From Clostridiales bacterium (GTDB lineage Bacteria > Bacillota > Clostridia > Oscillospirales > Oscillospiraceae), in the NCBI GenBank assembly GCA_004556755.1, contig SFFW01000006.1:66283-130282 (forward strand): a stretch of DNA of 64,000 nucleotides, read 5' to 3'. The position numbers were made by a program, and so were the translations under genes. Shown here piece after piece: positions 1 to 9,831 of this stretch (position 1 is the stretch's first letter; each line of letters starts with the position of its first letter). The notes beneath the pieces were generated by a model. That model was not told the origin of the DNA, did not search any database, and worked only from the letters and a program-made list of their open reading frames with translations.

Positions 1-455
1 AAGCCCCTCAGAATATTGACCGTGTACTGCGCCGTACCCTCCGGCAGCTCTACGCTGTAAACGGCAGGTACGGTATCCTTCCAGACATAGGGACCGTAAT
101 AGCCCTGGGTTTTCCCAAAAAGCGCATGATAGCCCTCCGCTTCAAACGCCGATTGAAGCTGCTCCGTCAGAAGCGCCTCCTCTGCATCCGGCATATCCAG
201 CAGGGCTTTTAACTGGGTCAGCAGCTTGTCAGCGGCCTCTGTCTCCGGCAACCCGCAATAAAAGGTATCACGGAAATAAACCTGATACAAACGCAGGATA
301 TCGTTGAGTATGTCCGGTATTTCATACGTTCGGTATTCACAATTTTCAAAAATCGCGATATACGCTGGAAGAATGTCTTTGAATTCCTCGTGATTGCGCA
401 TGTATGCTATGGCACCTTTTATGTCTCCATTCAAAAAGAACCGACTGATTTGCAT
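1..455 (-). CDS. hypothetical protein, C-terminal part cut by window edge
   Basis: Minus-strand frame open to position 1. ATG (complement of 453-455) is preceded by a GGAGAG RBS. Begins MQISRFFLNGDIKGAIAYMRNHEEF. No family recognised by eye. Absent from ORF track because no stop lies inside the window. Confidence 0.5.
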   Translation of the reverse strand, partial: MQISRFFLNGDIKGAIAYMRNHEEFKDILPAYIAIFENCEYRTYEIPDILNDILRLYQVYFRDTFYCGLPETEAADKLLTQLKALLDMPDAEEALLTEQLQSAFEAEGYHALFGKTQGYYGPYVWKDTVPAVYSVELPEGTAQYTVNILRG

Positions 456-648
456 GCCTACGCTCTCCTCTATAAAAAACGTTTTGCAGGTCTGTTTGGT
501 TACAAGTTATCACATGGCCGAGAAGAATGCAAGAATTACCACAGCAGTTTGGTTTGAACTGCTGTGGCTGTTAACTGTCTTATGACCACCGCGCTTTACC
601 TGCGGCGCTTATTTTTAAAGATCAAAACGAAATTGAAATCAAAAGCGC

Positions 649-1761
649 TCAAAAATACATGAACAGATCGCACTTTATCATGCCGTTATAGAGCTTGCGC
701 TTTTTGGTGGCGGGGATGCCGAAGCAGCGCTCAAACTCCGTATGCGATGACAGAAGGTACAGCTTCCAGTTTTCCGTGGCGCTCCACGCCTTGCCGAAGC
801 TGCGGTACAGCGCCTCCGCCTCCTGCTTTTCCATGATGCGCTCGCCGTAGGGCGGGTTCGTTACGATGATGCCGTTTTCGGTTTTGCGGGCAAACTCCGA
901 TGCGTCCGCCTTTTCAAAGCGCACCACGTCGTCCACCCCGGCACGCACGGCGTTCTCCCTTGCGATACGCAGGGCAGCCGGGTCTATATCCGAGCCGACT
1001 ATCCTGTAATCGCCGGAAAACTCCCTTGAGCGAGCCTCCTCGACCGCAAGGCTCCAGACGCTTTGGTCAAGCGTCGTCCAATCCATTGCCGAGAAGCGTC
1101 GGGAGATGCCCGGCGCTCTGTTTTTTGCGATGAGCGCCGCCTCGATGGGTATGGTGCCGCTGCCGCAGAAGGGGTCGCAGAAATCCTCTCTGCCACGGTA
1201 GCGGGAGAGCGTCACCATTGCGGCCGCCATCGTTTCCTTTAAGGGCGCTGCGTTGTGCGCCGGACGGTAGCCACGCTTGTGAAGCCCGGCGCCGGAGGTG
1301 TCGATGCACATGGACACGACGTCCTTCATTATCGAAAACTGTATCTGATAGGTCTCGGCGTCCTCCGGGAACCACTCGATGCCGTAGACACTTTTAAGGC
1401 GCTCGACGACCGCCTTCTTGATTATCTTCTGACAGTCGGAAACGGAGAACAGCTTTGAGTTAAGACTGTAGCCCTTGACGGGAAAGGCGGCATTGCGGGG
1501 GATAAGCTCCTCCCACGGGAGCGCCTTGGTCCTTTCAAACAGCTCGTCGAAGCTTTCCGCCTTGAATATGCCAAGCTCGATAAGCACTCTTTCGCCGATG
1601 CGAAGGTTTATGTTTGCCTTGGCGAGCGCCATTGCGTCGCCGGAAAAATATACTCTGCCGTTTTCGGAGCGGACGCCGCTCAGCTTGAGACGCCGAAGCT
1701 CGTCCGAGATGGGACCCTCAAGCCCCAGCAGGCACGGTACGCAAAGCGTAAAATCATTCAT
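649..1761 (-). CDS. THUMP domain-containing class I SAM-dependent RNA methyltransferase
   Basis: 370-aa ORF. N-terminal THUMP-like region, then a methyltransferase core with DPFCGSGTI (SAM motif I) and NPPYG (motif IV). Confidence 0.85.
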   Translation of the reverse strand: MNDFTLCVPCLLGLEGPISDELRRLKLSGVRSENGRVYFSGDAMALAKANINLRIGERVLIELGIFKAESFDELFERTKALPWEELIPRNAAFPVKGYSLNSKLFSVSDCQKIIKKAVVERLKSVYGIEWFPEDAETYQIQFSIMKDVVSMCIDTSGAGLHKRGYRPAHNAAPLKETMAAAMVTLSRYRGREDFCDPFCGSGTIPIEAALIAKNRAPGISRRFSAMDWTTLDQSVWSLAVEEARSREFSGDYRIVGSDIDPAALRIARENAVRAGVDDVVRFEKADASEFARKTENGIIVTNPPYGERIMEKQEAEALYRSFGKAWSATENWKLYLLSSHTEFERCFGIPATKKRKLYNGMIKCDLFMYF

Positions 1762-1910
1762 GCTATCAATCTCCTTTATCTAAAACGATAATACTCGAAA
1801 ACCGCCTGCTTGTAAACTTTAAAAGTTACATTTTATTCACCTTTGTTTTTTTCGCATATGTATAATATAATGTAAATCGGTATGAAATTTTACGTTCGGG
1901 GGTAACGAAT

Positions 1911-2597
1911 ATGAATAAAAAAGCCCTTATCGTCGAGGACGACATCAACATTGCCGAGCTTATCCAGCTCTACCTTGAGCGGGACGGCTTTGAGGTCTGC
2001 CTTGCATATGACGGAGGAAAGGCGGTCAGCCTGTTCCGGGAGTTTTCGCCCGACATCGTGCTGCTCGACCTCATGCTGCCCGTGATGGACGGTCTGCAGG
2101 TCTGCCGTGAGATCCGCAAGGACTCCTCCGTTCCCATCATCATGCTCACCGCCAAGGGAGAGACGACGGACAAGATCACCGGACTTGAGACGGGTGCGGA
2201 CGATTACATGACCAAGCCCTTCGAGGTAAAGGAGCTGCTTGCGAGGATCCACGCCGTCATGCGCCGCAGCGAACCGGAGGAGACGGTCAAGGAGAAAAAG
2301 CTCTGCTTTGACAAGCTCGTTGTGAACCTCGATTCCTATGAGCTGCTTGTAAACGGCGTGCGTGTGGATACGCCGCCCAAAGAGATGGAGCTTCTGTATC
2401 ACCTTGCTGCATCTCCCAACATCGTGTTCACGAGAAACCAGCTTCTTGACGAGGTGTGGGGCTTTGACTACTTCGGCGACTCCCGCACCGTTGACGTACA
2501 TATAAAGCGCCTGCGTGAAAAGCTTGAGGGCGTGTCCGACAAGTGGTCGCTAAAGACCGTGTGGGGCGTGGGCTACAAATTTGAAGTCGTGAAATGA
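1911..2597 (+). CDS. OmpR/PhoB-family response regulator
   Basis: Receiver domain (ALIVEDD, DIVLLDLMLP, LTAKG) plus winged-helix output (RTVDVHIKRLREKL, WGVGYKF). Confidence 0.9.
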   Translation: MNKKALIVEDDINIAELIQLYLERDGFEVCLAYDGGKAVSLFREFSPDIVLLDLMLPVMDGLQVCREIRKDSSVPIIMLTAKGETTDKITGLETGADDYMTKPFEVKELLARIHAVMRRSEPEETVKEKKLCFDKLVVNLDSYELLVNGVRVDTPPKEMELLYHLAASPNIVFTRNQLLDEVWGFDYFGDSRTVDVHIKRLREKLEGVSDKWSLKTVWGVGYKFEVVK

Positions 2598-4015
2598 ACA
2601 GTATATTTTTCCGCAATTTCCTCACCACGACCCTGCTTGTGCTGAGCTGCTTTCTGCTGATAGGTATAGCCTTCTTCGTTATCGGCGAGAATTATCTTGT
2701 TGACGATACGACGCAGCGCCTCGACGCCAGCGCAAACGAGGTCGTGCGCTCCGCCTCGGCGATCAGCCGTGACGGCGACCTGAGCGGCTGGGACCTCCGC
2801 ATGACGCTGAGCTCCGTCGCAAACAGCTCAAACAACCACATTTTCATATGCGACGCCGACGGGAAGATCGTGTCCTGCTCAGACAAGCTGCTGCATTGCA
2901 GACAGCACGAGGGCAAGGAGGTCCCCGCAAGCATTTTAAAGGCTGTCGGCAGCACCCGCTACGTCAGCGAGCTTACCGACCTCGGCGGCATCTACATGAC
3001 GCAGCGCTTCGTCGTCGCACGTCCCATAAGCCTCGGCGGGGTGATCGCAGGCTATGTGTTTGTATCGAGCGAGGACGTGAGCGCCCTCGGTGCATGGCGT
3101 GCCTTTGCGGGCGTCATCATTGCCGTGTCGCTTGCGGTCATGCTTGCGGCGATACTCCTGTCGCTCGTGCTGTCAAAGCGCTTGGCGCAGCCGCTCGATC
3201 AGCTCGCCATCGCCTCACGCAAGGTCGCACACGGCGACTTCACCGCAAGGGTCGAGAAGAAGGGCAAATGCGGCGGCGAGATAGGAACGCTCGTGGACTC
3301 CTTCAACTCCATGACCGAGGAGCTGCAAAAGTCCGACCAGAACCGCCGTGAGCTTATCGCCAACATTTCGCACGAGCTGCGAACGCCGATGACGACCATT
3401 GCAGGCTTTGCCGACGGCATACTTGACGGCACGATACCCAAGGAGCAGGAGGAGCGCTATCTGCAAAAGATCGCAGACGAAACGCACAGACTGTCCCGCC
3501 TCGTGCGGAATATGCTCGATATGTCGCAGGCGGAGAGAAAGGCGACCGACAAGAGCCGCCGCACGAAGTTTGACCTCTCCGAGCTGACCTTAAAGACGCT
3601 TTTGAGCTTTGAGAGCCGAGCCTCGGAAAAGGACCTCGACGTCGATCCGCAGCTCCCCGAAGATCCCATCATGGTCTTTGCGGACGCCGACTCGATAACG
3701 CAGGTCATCTACAATCTGACCGACAACGCAATTAAATTTGCGGAGAAGGGCAGCACCATAAGCATCAGAGTATATAAAAAGAACGGCAAGGCGTTCGTCG
3801 CCGTGAAGAATCGGGGCGAGACCATCCCGCCGGACGATCTGCCGTACATCTTTGACCGCTTCCACAAGTCCGACCGCTCCCGCAGCATGGACAAGGACGG
3901 CGTGGGGCTTGGTCTGTACCTCGTCAAAACGATACTCAACAGCCACGACGAGGATATTGCGGTGTCGAGCCGGGACGGTATAACGGTCTTTGCCTTTACC
4001 CTGCCGCTTGCGTAA
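2594..4015 (+). CDS. sensor histidine kinase (HAMP-HisKA-HATPase)
   Basis: Two TM segments, H-box SHELRTPMT, N/G boxes (DNAIKF, GVGLGLYLV). ATGA start/stop overlap with the response regulator. Confidence 0.9.
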   Translation: MNSIFFRNFLTTTLLVLSCFLLIGIAFFVIGENYLVDDTTQRLDASANEVVRSASAISRDGDLSGWDLRMTLSSVANSSNNHIFICDADGKIVSCSDKLLHCRQHEGKEVPASILKAVGSTRYVSELTDLGGIYMTQRFVVARPISLGGVIAGYVFVSSEDVSALGAWRAFAGVIIAVSLAVMLAAILLSLVLSKRLAQPLDQLAIASRKVAHGDFTARVEKKGKCGGEIGTLVDSFNSMTEELQKSDQNRRELIANISHELRTPMTTIAGFADGILDGTIPKEQEERYLQKIADETHRLSRLVRNMLDMSQAERKATDKSRRTKFDLSELTLKTLLSFESRASEKDLDVDPQLPEDPIMVFADADSITQVIYNLTDNAIKFAEKGSTISIRVYKKNGKAFVAVKNRGETIPPDDLPYIFDRFHKSDRSRSMDKDGVGLGLYLVKTILNSHDEDIAVSSRDGITVFAFTLPLA

Positions 4016-4034
4016 GACCCCGAAGGAGAACGAT

Positions 4035-5351
4035 ATGAACAAGGATTGGTACGAAACGGATAACTGGTACGCTCCCGCAGAGGACAAGCCCCTGCCGGAG
4101 GAGAAAAAGCAGAGCGCCAAAAAGCCCTCTGCCCTGCGGAGAGCGTTCTCCGTGCTTATAGTCCTGCTGCTGCTTGCGTCGTGTACGCTGTCCGGCATTG
4201 CGATCGGGATGCAGCGGGGGCTTCCCGACTACTCCGACGGGGACGTCGGCGACGACTCAAGCGATACGCCCGCATATGATTTCGATTCCGGCAATATGCC
4301 CGAAGACTGGCACGACTTTTTTGAATATCTCTACCGCAGCGGTTCGACGCAGAGCACCGCCACCGTCCCGATGGAGACGGTCTCCGAGCGTGGAAGCCTC
4401 AAGCTCGATGTCGTCGGCGAAAACGAGGGCGAGACTTTAAGCTACGGCGAGATATACGCAAAGTGCGCACCGAGCATCGTGTATATAAAGGCTGCCGTCG
4501 AGGGCAAGACCGGCTACAACTGGGGTACCGGCATCGTCGCCTCCTCCGACGGCTACATCCTCACCAACACCCACGTTATCGAGGGCTGCAGCTACGCCGA
4601 GGTCGGAGTGTACGGCGGCAAGAGCTATGACGCTCTGCTTGTCGGCTACGACGCCGACACCGACGTTGCGGTGCTGAAGATCGACGCAAAGGGGCTTACG
4701 CCCGCAAGCTTTGCGCCCTCCTCCGGCGTCTCGGTGGGCGACGCCGCAATTGCGATAGGCAACCCCCTCGGCGAGGAGTATTGCCTCACGATGACCGACG
4801 GCATAGTGTCGGCGCTCGACCGCTCCGTGAACTATCAGGGCAAGACCATGCGTCTGCTCCAGACCAGCGCCGCAATAAACGAGGGCAACTCCGGCGGCCC
4901 GCTGATAAACGACAAGGGACAGGTCATCGGCATAACGAACATGAAGATAATCTCCGCCGCATCGGGCGTCGAGGGCATCGGCTTTGCCATCCCGACCGAC
5001 ACCGTGGTGCAGGTGGTGAATGCCATAATGGAGGACGGCGCCGTCTACGGTAGGGCGACGATCGGCATAACGGTCGGTCCCGTGACCGAGGAGATCGCCG
5101 AGTATTACGGCATCCCCAACGGACTGTACGTCTCCGAGGTGAACGAGAAGTCCGACGCTTTCCGGCAGGGACTTTGCCCCGGCGACATCATCACACGGGT
5201 GAACGGCAAGCGCTGCACCGAGACCTCCGACATCGCAGAAGCCAAAAACAAGTGCGAGGTCGGCGACAAGCTGAAATTCCGCATTTGGCGTGACGGCGAA
5301 ACCATGGACATTACGGTTCGCATAATGGATTCCACCGATTTGACGGGCTGA
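4035..5351 (+). CDS. htrA: HtrA/DegP-family serine protease with C-terminal PDZ domain
   Basis: Triad contexts TNTHVIEG, DVAVLKI, GNSGGPL, with an N-terminal membrane anchor. ATG at 4035 follows a GAAGGAGAA RBS. The track ORF begins upstream at 3990 inside the kinase gene. Confidence 0.85.
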   Translation: MNKDWYETDNWYAPAEDKPLPEEKKQSAKKPSALRRAFSVLIVLLLLASCTLSGIAIGMQRGLPDYSDGDVGDDSSDTPAYDFDSGNMPEDWHDFFEYLYRSGSTQSTATVPMETVSERGSLKLDVVGENEGETLSYGEIYAKCAPSIVYIKAAVEGKTGYNWGTGIVASSDGYILTNTHVIEGCSYAEVGVYGGKSYDALLVGYDADTDVAVLKIDAKGLTPASFAPSSGVSVGDAAIAIGNPLGEEYCLTMTDGIVSALDRSVNYQGKTMRLLQTSAAINEGNSGGPLINDKGQVIGITNMKIISAASGVEGIGFAIPTDTVVQVVNAIMEDGAVYGRATIGITVGPVTEEIAEYYGIPNGLYVSEVNEKSDAFRQGLCPGDIITRVNGKRCTETSDIAEAKNKCEVGDKLKFRIWRDGETMDITVRIMDSTDLTG

Positions 5352-5650
5352 TTTCCGCTCATGCATCGTTAAAGCCCTTGGAAATATAAAAAATATTCCC
5401 TGCGGGCTTGCTCATACGGCGTTGAGCACACGGGAAATACAAAAAGTATTCCCTCGTGTGCTTTGCCTTGTCCCGACGAAAATCCGCTCCGTCAAATGTG
5501 GAGCGGAGGAGTAGGGCTGATTTCCGCTCATGCGGCGTTGAGCACACGGGAAATACAAAAAATATTCCCTCGTGTGCTTTGCCTTATCCCGACGAAAATC
5601 GCCCCGTCAAATATAGCACCATCTCATGGCTCTACACTTCCGAGGGAGAA
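5346..5650. repeat. hairpin-rich tandem intergenic repeats
   Basis: GGCTGATTTCCGCTCATGC occurs at 5346 (overlapping the htrA stop) and at 5515. An 86-87 nt unit (CTCATRCGGCGTTGAGCACACGGGAAATACAAAAA..CCGTCAAAT) occurs at 5411-5497 and 5527-5612, period 116 nt. Each unit holds a long imperfect hairpin GCACACGGGAAATA/TATTCCCTCGTGTGC. The block ends in the dispersed core TCATGGCTCTACACTTCCGAGGGAG (5624-5648). Confidence 0.85.
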
Positions 5651-5706
5651 AAGTCCTCAAAAACACACAGAATTCAGCCTATCGGCACCGCAAAAAGGCG
5701 GTGCCG

Positions 5707-5760
5707 AAAAATTTTTTCAAAAAAATAAAAAAATTTTCAAAAAATTTTCAAAAAAATAAA
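5707..5760. repeat. low-complexity phased A/T tract
   Basis: aaaaattttttcaaaaaaataaaaaaattttcaaaaaattttcaaaaaaataaa, a pure A/T run (apart from the C of each TTTTC motif) in a GC-rich genome, about 70 nt upstream of the dgt start. Confidence 0.9.
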
Positions 5761-5829
5761 GGGAAATAAGAATTTGCGTCGTATAAGTATATTAGAGAGA
5801 TTTTTTACGGCAGAAAGGAACGAGGGCAA

Positions 5830-6834
5830 ATGGCGGAGCCGAGAGAAAAAAGAGAGCTTGCCGAGCGTATGTTCATCGGCAGCTACGGTCTACTGTCGGT
5901 CAATTCGGCAGGCAGGGCGATGGACGAACCCGAATGCTGCATACGCACCTGCTTTCAGCGGGACGTTGACCGCATCACGCACTGCAAGGCGTTTCGCCGC
6001 CTGAAGCACAAGACGCAGGTGTTCCTCCGTCCGGAGGGCGACCACTACCGCACGAGACTGACGCACACGCTGGAGGTCAGCAGACTTGCCCGAACGCTCG
6101 CACGGGCGCTGGAGCTTAACGAGGATCTGACGGAGGCGATAGCCCTCGGTCACGACCTCGGTCACACGCCCTTCGGACACGCCGGCGAGCGTGCGCTGCG
6201 TAAGCTTTGCTCCGGCGGCTTTAACCACTACGAGCAGAGCCTTCGAGTCGTGGACTGCATCGAGCGTGACGGCAGGGGACTTAACCTCTGTTATGAGACG
6301 AGAATGGGCATCCTGCACCACACGCACGGCGCACCCGACGACACCCTTGAGGCGATATGCGTCCGGCTGTCCGACCGCATCGCCTACATAAACCACGACA
6401 TGGACGACGCCGTCCGTGCCGGGATACTAAAAAACAGCGACCTGCCCGCCGTGGTCAGGCAGCGCTGCGGCAACCGAAACAGCGAGCGCATCGACTCGTT
6501 TATAAAGGACCTCGTGGCAAACAGCGGCGGCGGTGAGATAAAAATGTCGCCTGCGATGCAGGAGGCATACGACGTGTTCCACGACTTCATGTACTCCGAC
6601 GTGTACACGAACCCCGTCGCAAAGAGCGAGGAGAGCAAGGTGGACGGCATACTCGGCGGCATATTCGAGTTTTACTTAAAGCACCCGTGGGAGCTGCCGC
6701 AGGACTACACGCAGATAGCCGCAAGAGACGGCTTGGAGCGTGCGGTGTGCGACTATGTGTCCGGAATGACGGACGGCTATGCGATCGAAAAATTCGGCGA
6801 GATATTCATTCCCGCCGCATGGAGCGTCAAGTGA
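5830..6834 (+). CDS. dgt: dGTPase-like HD-domain triphosphohydrolase
   Basis: HD motif region THTLEVS...HDLGHTPFGH. Conserved position upstream of dnaG. Confidence 0.8.
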   Translation: MAEPREKRELAERMFIGSYGLLSVNSAGRAMDEPECCIRTCFQRDVDRITHCKAFRRLKHKTQVFLRPEGDHYRTRLTHTLEVSRLARTLARALELNEDLTEAIALGHDLGHTPFGHAGERALRKLCSGGFNHYEQSLRVVDCIERDGRGLNLCYETRMGILHHTHGAPDDTLEAICVRLSDRIAYINHDMDDAVRAGILKNSDLPAVVRQRCGNRNSERIDSFIKDLVANSGGGEIKMSPAMQEAYDVFHDFMYSDVYTNPVAKSEESKVDGILGGIFEFYLKHPWELPQDYTQIAARDGLERAVCDYVSGMTDGYAIEKFGEIFIPAAWSVK

Positions 6835-6858
6835 CGCAGTTTTGGAAAGGAGGGCAAT

Positions 6859-8604
6859 ATGGCATTTTCCGAAAGCTTTTTGCAGGAGCTTACGGAGCGC
6901 AGCGACATCGTTGACGTCGTTGGCTCATATGTGCGCCTCGGCAAAAAAAGCGGAGCGAATCTTTTCGGGCTGTGTCCGTTTCACAGCGAGAAAACGCCGT
7001 CGTTTTCCGTGTCGCCGGACAGACAGATATACCATTGCTTCGGCTGCGGCAAGGGCGGCGGTGTGATAAACTTCATCATGGAGATAGAAAATCTTACGTT
7101 CCCGGAGGCGGTGGAGTTTCTCGCAAAGCGTGCGGGCATGGCGATCCCGGAGCAGGAAGACGGCAGAGAGAGCAAAAAGCGCAGACGTATGCTCGACTTA
7201 AACCGGGACGCCGCAAAGTTTTTCTACTCCTGCCTTTCACTGCCGGAGGGCGCCGCCGCAATAAAATACATGGAGCAGCGCAGACTCAGCCCGCAGACCG
7301 CAAAGCGCTTCGGCCTGGGCTATGCGCCCGACTCGTGGGACGGGCTTATAAAGGCCATGACGAAAAAGGGCTACTCCGAATTTGAAATGAAGGATGCGGG
7401 ACTTGTCAGAGCCGGAAAAAACGGCGGTCATTACGACACCTTCCGCAACAGGCTCATGTTTCCCGTCATCGACGTCAAGGGCGACGTTATCGGCTTTTCC
7501 GGCAGAATACTCGGCGACGGCGAACCGAAGTACATGAACAGCCCCGAAACGTCGGTATTCAACAAGAGCCGCAATCTTTTCGGATTAAACCTGGCTAAAA
7601 AGTCGAAGAGCGGATATATAATTCTATCTGAGGGAAATATAGACGTTGTGATGATGCATCAGGCGGGCTTCGACTCCGCCGTTGCGTCTCTCGGCACCTC
7701 GCTCACGCCGGAGCAGGCTCGGCTCATTTCACGCTACACGAGCGAGGTCGTCATCGCCTACGACAACGACGAGGCGGGGCGCAAGGCGTCCTCAAGGGCG
7801 ATAGGTCTGCTCGAAAAGCTCGACTTAAAGGTGCGTGTGCTGAGTCTTTCGGGCGCAAAGGACCCCGACGAGTATATAAAGACCAAGGGTGCGGACGCAT
7901 TCCGCAATCTCCTTGAAAAGAGCGAGAACCACATCGACTACCGTCTGCAAAGCATCACGGACAAGTTTGACCTCTCGGTGGACGAGGAAAAGGTCGCCTT
8001 CGTCAAGGCGGCGGCGGACATGGTGGCGCAGCTTCCCGGCTCGGTGGAGCGTCAGGTCTACGCAATGCGCATCGCTTCGATGACGGGCATGACAAAGGAG
8101 CTTGTCGTCTCCGAGGTCGAGCGCCGCAGAAAGAGGGCATTGGCGTCTGCACGGAAGCAGAGCGACCGTGAGCAGAGCCGCCCCGAAAAAATGTCTCAGC
8201 CGAGGGAGAAGGAGTTTCGCTACGAAAACCTCCGCTCTGCGACCGCCGAGGAGGGGCTTATCCGGCTGCTGTTTCTCGATCAGGGACTGTGCCGGGGCAA
8301 AGAGCTTCCGCCGCCGGAGGATTTCACCTCACCTGCGCTGGCGGACATATACAGGGTGCTGAAGGGCAAGGTCGAAAACGGCGACATCGTGAGCATCGCT
8401 TCCATGAGTGCGGCACTGCCGCCGGAGGAGGTGTCGCTGCTTGCGGAGCTTCTGCAAAAGCCGGAGGCACTGCGAAACGGTGATAAAGCACTCGCCGACT
8501 ACATAGAGAGAATAAGGCAGCAGAAGGAGCTAAGTGAGCCCGGCGGCGACCTTTTGAGCCTTGCAAATAAGTATAAAAAAACCAAAGGATATGGGGGACA
8601 ATGA
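6859..8604 (+). CDS. dnaG: DNA primase
   Basis: Zinc finger [35 protein letters not shown] region ([17 protein letters not shown]). Followed by sigA, as in Firmicutes. Confidence 0.95.
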   Translation: MAFSESFLQELTERSDIVDVVGSYVRLGKKSGANLFGLCPFHSEKTPSFSVSPDRQIYHCFGCGKGGGVINFIMEIENLTFPEAVEFLAKRAGMAIPEQEDGRESKKRRRMLDLNRDAAKFFYSCLSLPEGAAAIKYMEQRRLSPQTAKRFGLGYAPDSWDGLIKAMTKKGYSEFEMKDAGLVRAGKNGGHYDTFRNRLMFPVIDVKGDVIGFSGRILGDGEPKYMNSPETSVFNKSRNLFGLNLAKKSKSGYIILSEGNIDVVMMHQAGFDSAVASLGTSLTPEQARLISRYTSEVVIAYDNDEAGRKASSRAIGLLEKLDLKVRVLSLSGAKDPDEYIKTKGADAFRNLLEKSENHIDYRLQSITDKFDLSVDEEKVAFVKAAADMVAQLPGSVERQVYAMRIASMTGMTKELVVSEVERRRKRALASARKQSDREQSRPEKMSQPREKEFRYENLRSATAEEGLIRLLFLDQGLCRGKELPPPEDFTSPALADIYRVLKGKVENGDIVSIASMSAALPPEEVSLLAELLQKPEALRNGDKALADYIERIRQQKELSEPGGDLLSLANKYKKTKGYGGQ

Positions 8605-8605
8605 T

Positions 8606-9811
8606 ATGAGCAAAACTACCGGCAAAAACGGAGCCGACGAAAGCGTGATCGAAAACGTACAGCCCACAGCGGAGCTTGCAGACGACAAGAAGCCGCAGGA
8701 GGCAAAGCCCCCGGAGGAAAGACTTGCAGAGCTTTTTGCGAAGGCGAAGAAGAACGGCAAGATCTCCGCAAAGGAGATCGCAACGCTCGACGAGGCGGGC
8801 ATCGACCCCGAAGCCATAGGCAAGTTTTACGAGTCGCTTGAAGCGCTGGGCATCGAGGTGGACATCGGCGGCGACGATCTGCTGCCCATTTTGGACGACG
8901 ACGGCATTATCCCGGAGCTTGAGGAGATCGAGGAGGTCACGGAGGAGGAGATCCACGAGACCGAGGCCATGGCGGACAATTACTCGACCGACGACCCCGT
9001 GCGTATGTACCTCAAGGAGATAGGCAAGGTGCCGCTTCTGACCCCGGAAGAGGAGGTCGCACTGGCGATACGCATGAGCGAGGGCGACGAGGCGGCAAAG
9101 CGCCGCATGGCGGAGGCAAACCTGCGCCTTGTCGTGTCCATCGCAAAGCGCTACGTCGGCAGGGGAATGCTGTTTCTCGACCTCATTCAGGAGGGCAACC
9201 TCGGTCTTATAAAGGCTGTCGAAAAGTTCGACTACACCAAGGGCTACAAGTTCTCGACCTATGCGACCTGGTGGATACGTCAGGCGATAACCCGTGCGAT
9301 AGCGGATCAGGCACGCACCATAAGGATCCCCGTCCACATGGTCGAAACGATAAACAAGGTCATAAGAGTGTCCCGCCAGCTTCTTCAGGAGCTGGGTCAC
9401 GACCCCTCGGCGGAGGAGATCGCCGCAGAGATGGGTATGCCCGTCGATAAGGTGCGTGACATCCTCAAGATAGCGCAGGAGCCGGTGTCGCTCGAAACGC
9501 CTATCGGCGAGGAGGAGGACTCCCACCTCGGCGACTTCATTCCCGACGAGGACGCATCGGAGCCGTCCGAAGCGGCAAGCTTCTCACTGTTAAAGGAGCA
9601 GCTTATGGACGTTTTGGATACGCTCACGCCGAGGGAGAAAAAGGTTCTGGAGCTGCGTTTCGGCATCGTTGACGGCCGCACCCGCACCCTTGAGGAGGTC
9701 GGCAAGGAGTTCAACGTCACCCGTGAGCGCATCCGTCAGATCGAGGCAAAGGCGCTGCGCAAGCTGCGTCACCCCAGCCGCAGCAAGAAGCTTCGTGATT
9801 TTCTGAATTGA
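8606..9811 (+). CDS. sigA: RNA polymerase primary-type sigma-70 factor, copy 1
   Basis: Acidic region 1.1, then regions 1.2-4.2 ([76 protein letters not shown]). ATG 8606 lies 2 nt after the dnaG stop. The track ORF starts at 8561 inside dnaG. Confidence 0.9.
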   Translation: MSKTTGKNGADESVIENVQPTAELADDKKPQEAKPPEERLAELFAKAKKNGKISAKEIATLDEAGIDPEAIGKFYESLEALGIEVDIGGDDLLPILDDDGIIPELEEIEEVTEEEIHETEAMADNYSTDDPVRMYLKEIGKVPLLTPEEEVALAIRMSEGDEAAKRRMAEANLRLVVSIAKRYVGRGMLFLDLIQEGNLGLIKAVEKFDYTKGYKFSTYATWWIRQAITRAIADQARTIRIPVHMVETINKVIRVSRQLLQELGHDPSAEEIAAEMGMPVDKVRDILKIAQEPVSLETPIGEEEDSHLGDFIPDEDASEPSEAASFSLLKEQLMDVLDTLTPREKKVLELRFGIVDGRTRTLEEVGKEFNVTRERIRQIEAKALRKLRHPSRSKKLRDFLN

Positions 9812-9831
9812 TATTCGTGTGGAGGAAGAGT

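Noticed and set aside
394-585. 63-aa plus-strand ORF; likewise 44637-44909 (90 aa)
   Set aside because: Both lie in intergenic leader or terminator regions, have no RBS, and overlap better-supported features (the start of the partial minus-strand gene; the micro-ORF and its terminator).
3990-4034. Upstream extensions of track ORFs (htrA 3990, sigA 8561, TetR 10992, AOR 29535, recJ 49631, dtd 53992, vanW 62020, GT4 23209 and 25478, ruvX 44626, ACT 39854, DMT 39683)
   Set aside because: In each case an internal start with a clear Shine-Dalgarno sequence gives the canonical N-terminus and removes an overlap with the preceding gene, tRNA or promoter.
5346-5650. CRISPR array
   Set aside because: Only two to three copies are present. 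The repeated unit is long (about 86 nt), the 'spacers' are themselves repeated, and no cas genes are in the window.
8324-9526. 400-aa minus-strand ORF opposite dnaG/sigA, and the similar 9769-10473 ORF opposite the second sigma gene
   Set aside because: Both mirror the duplicated sigma genes (hence their mutual similarity) and are antisense shadows.
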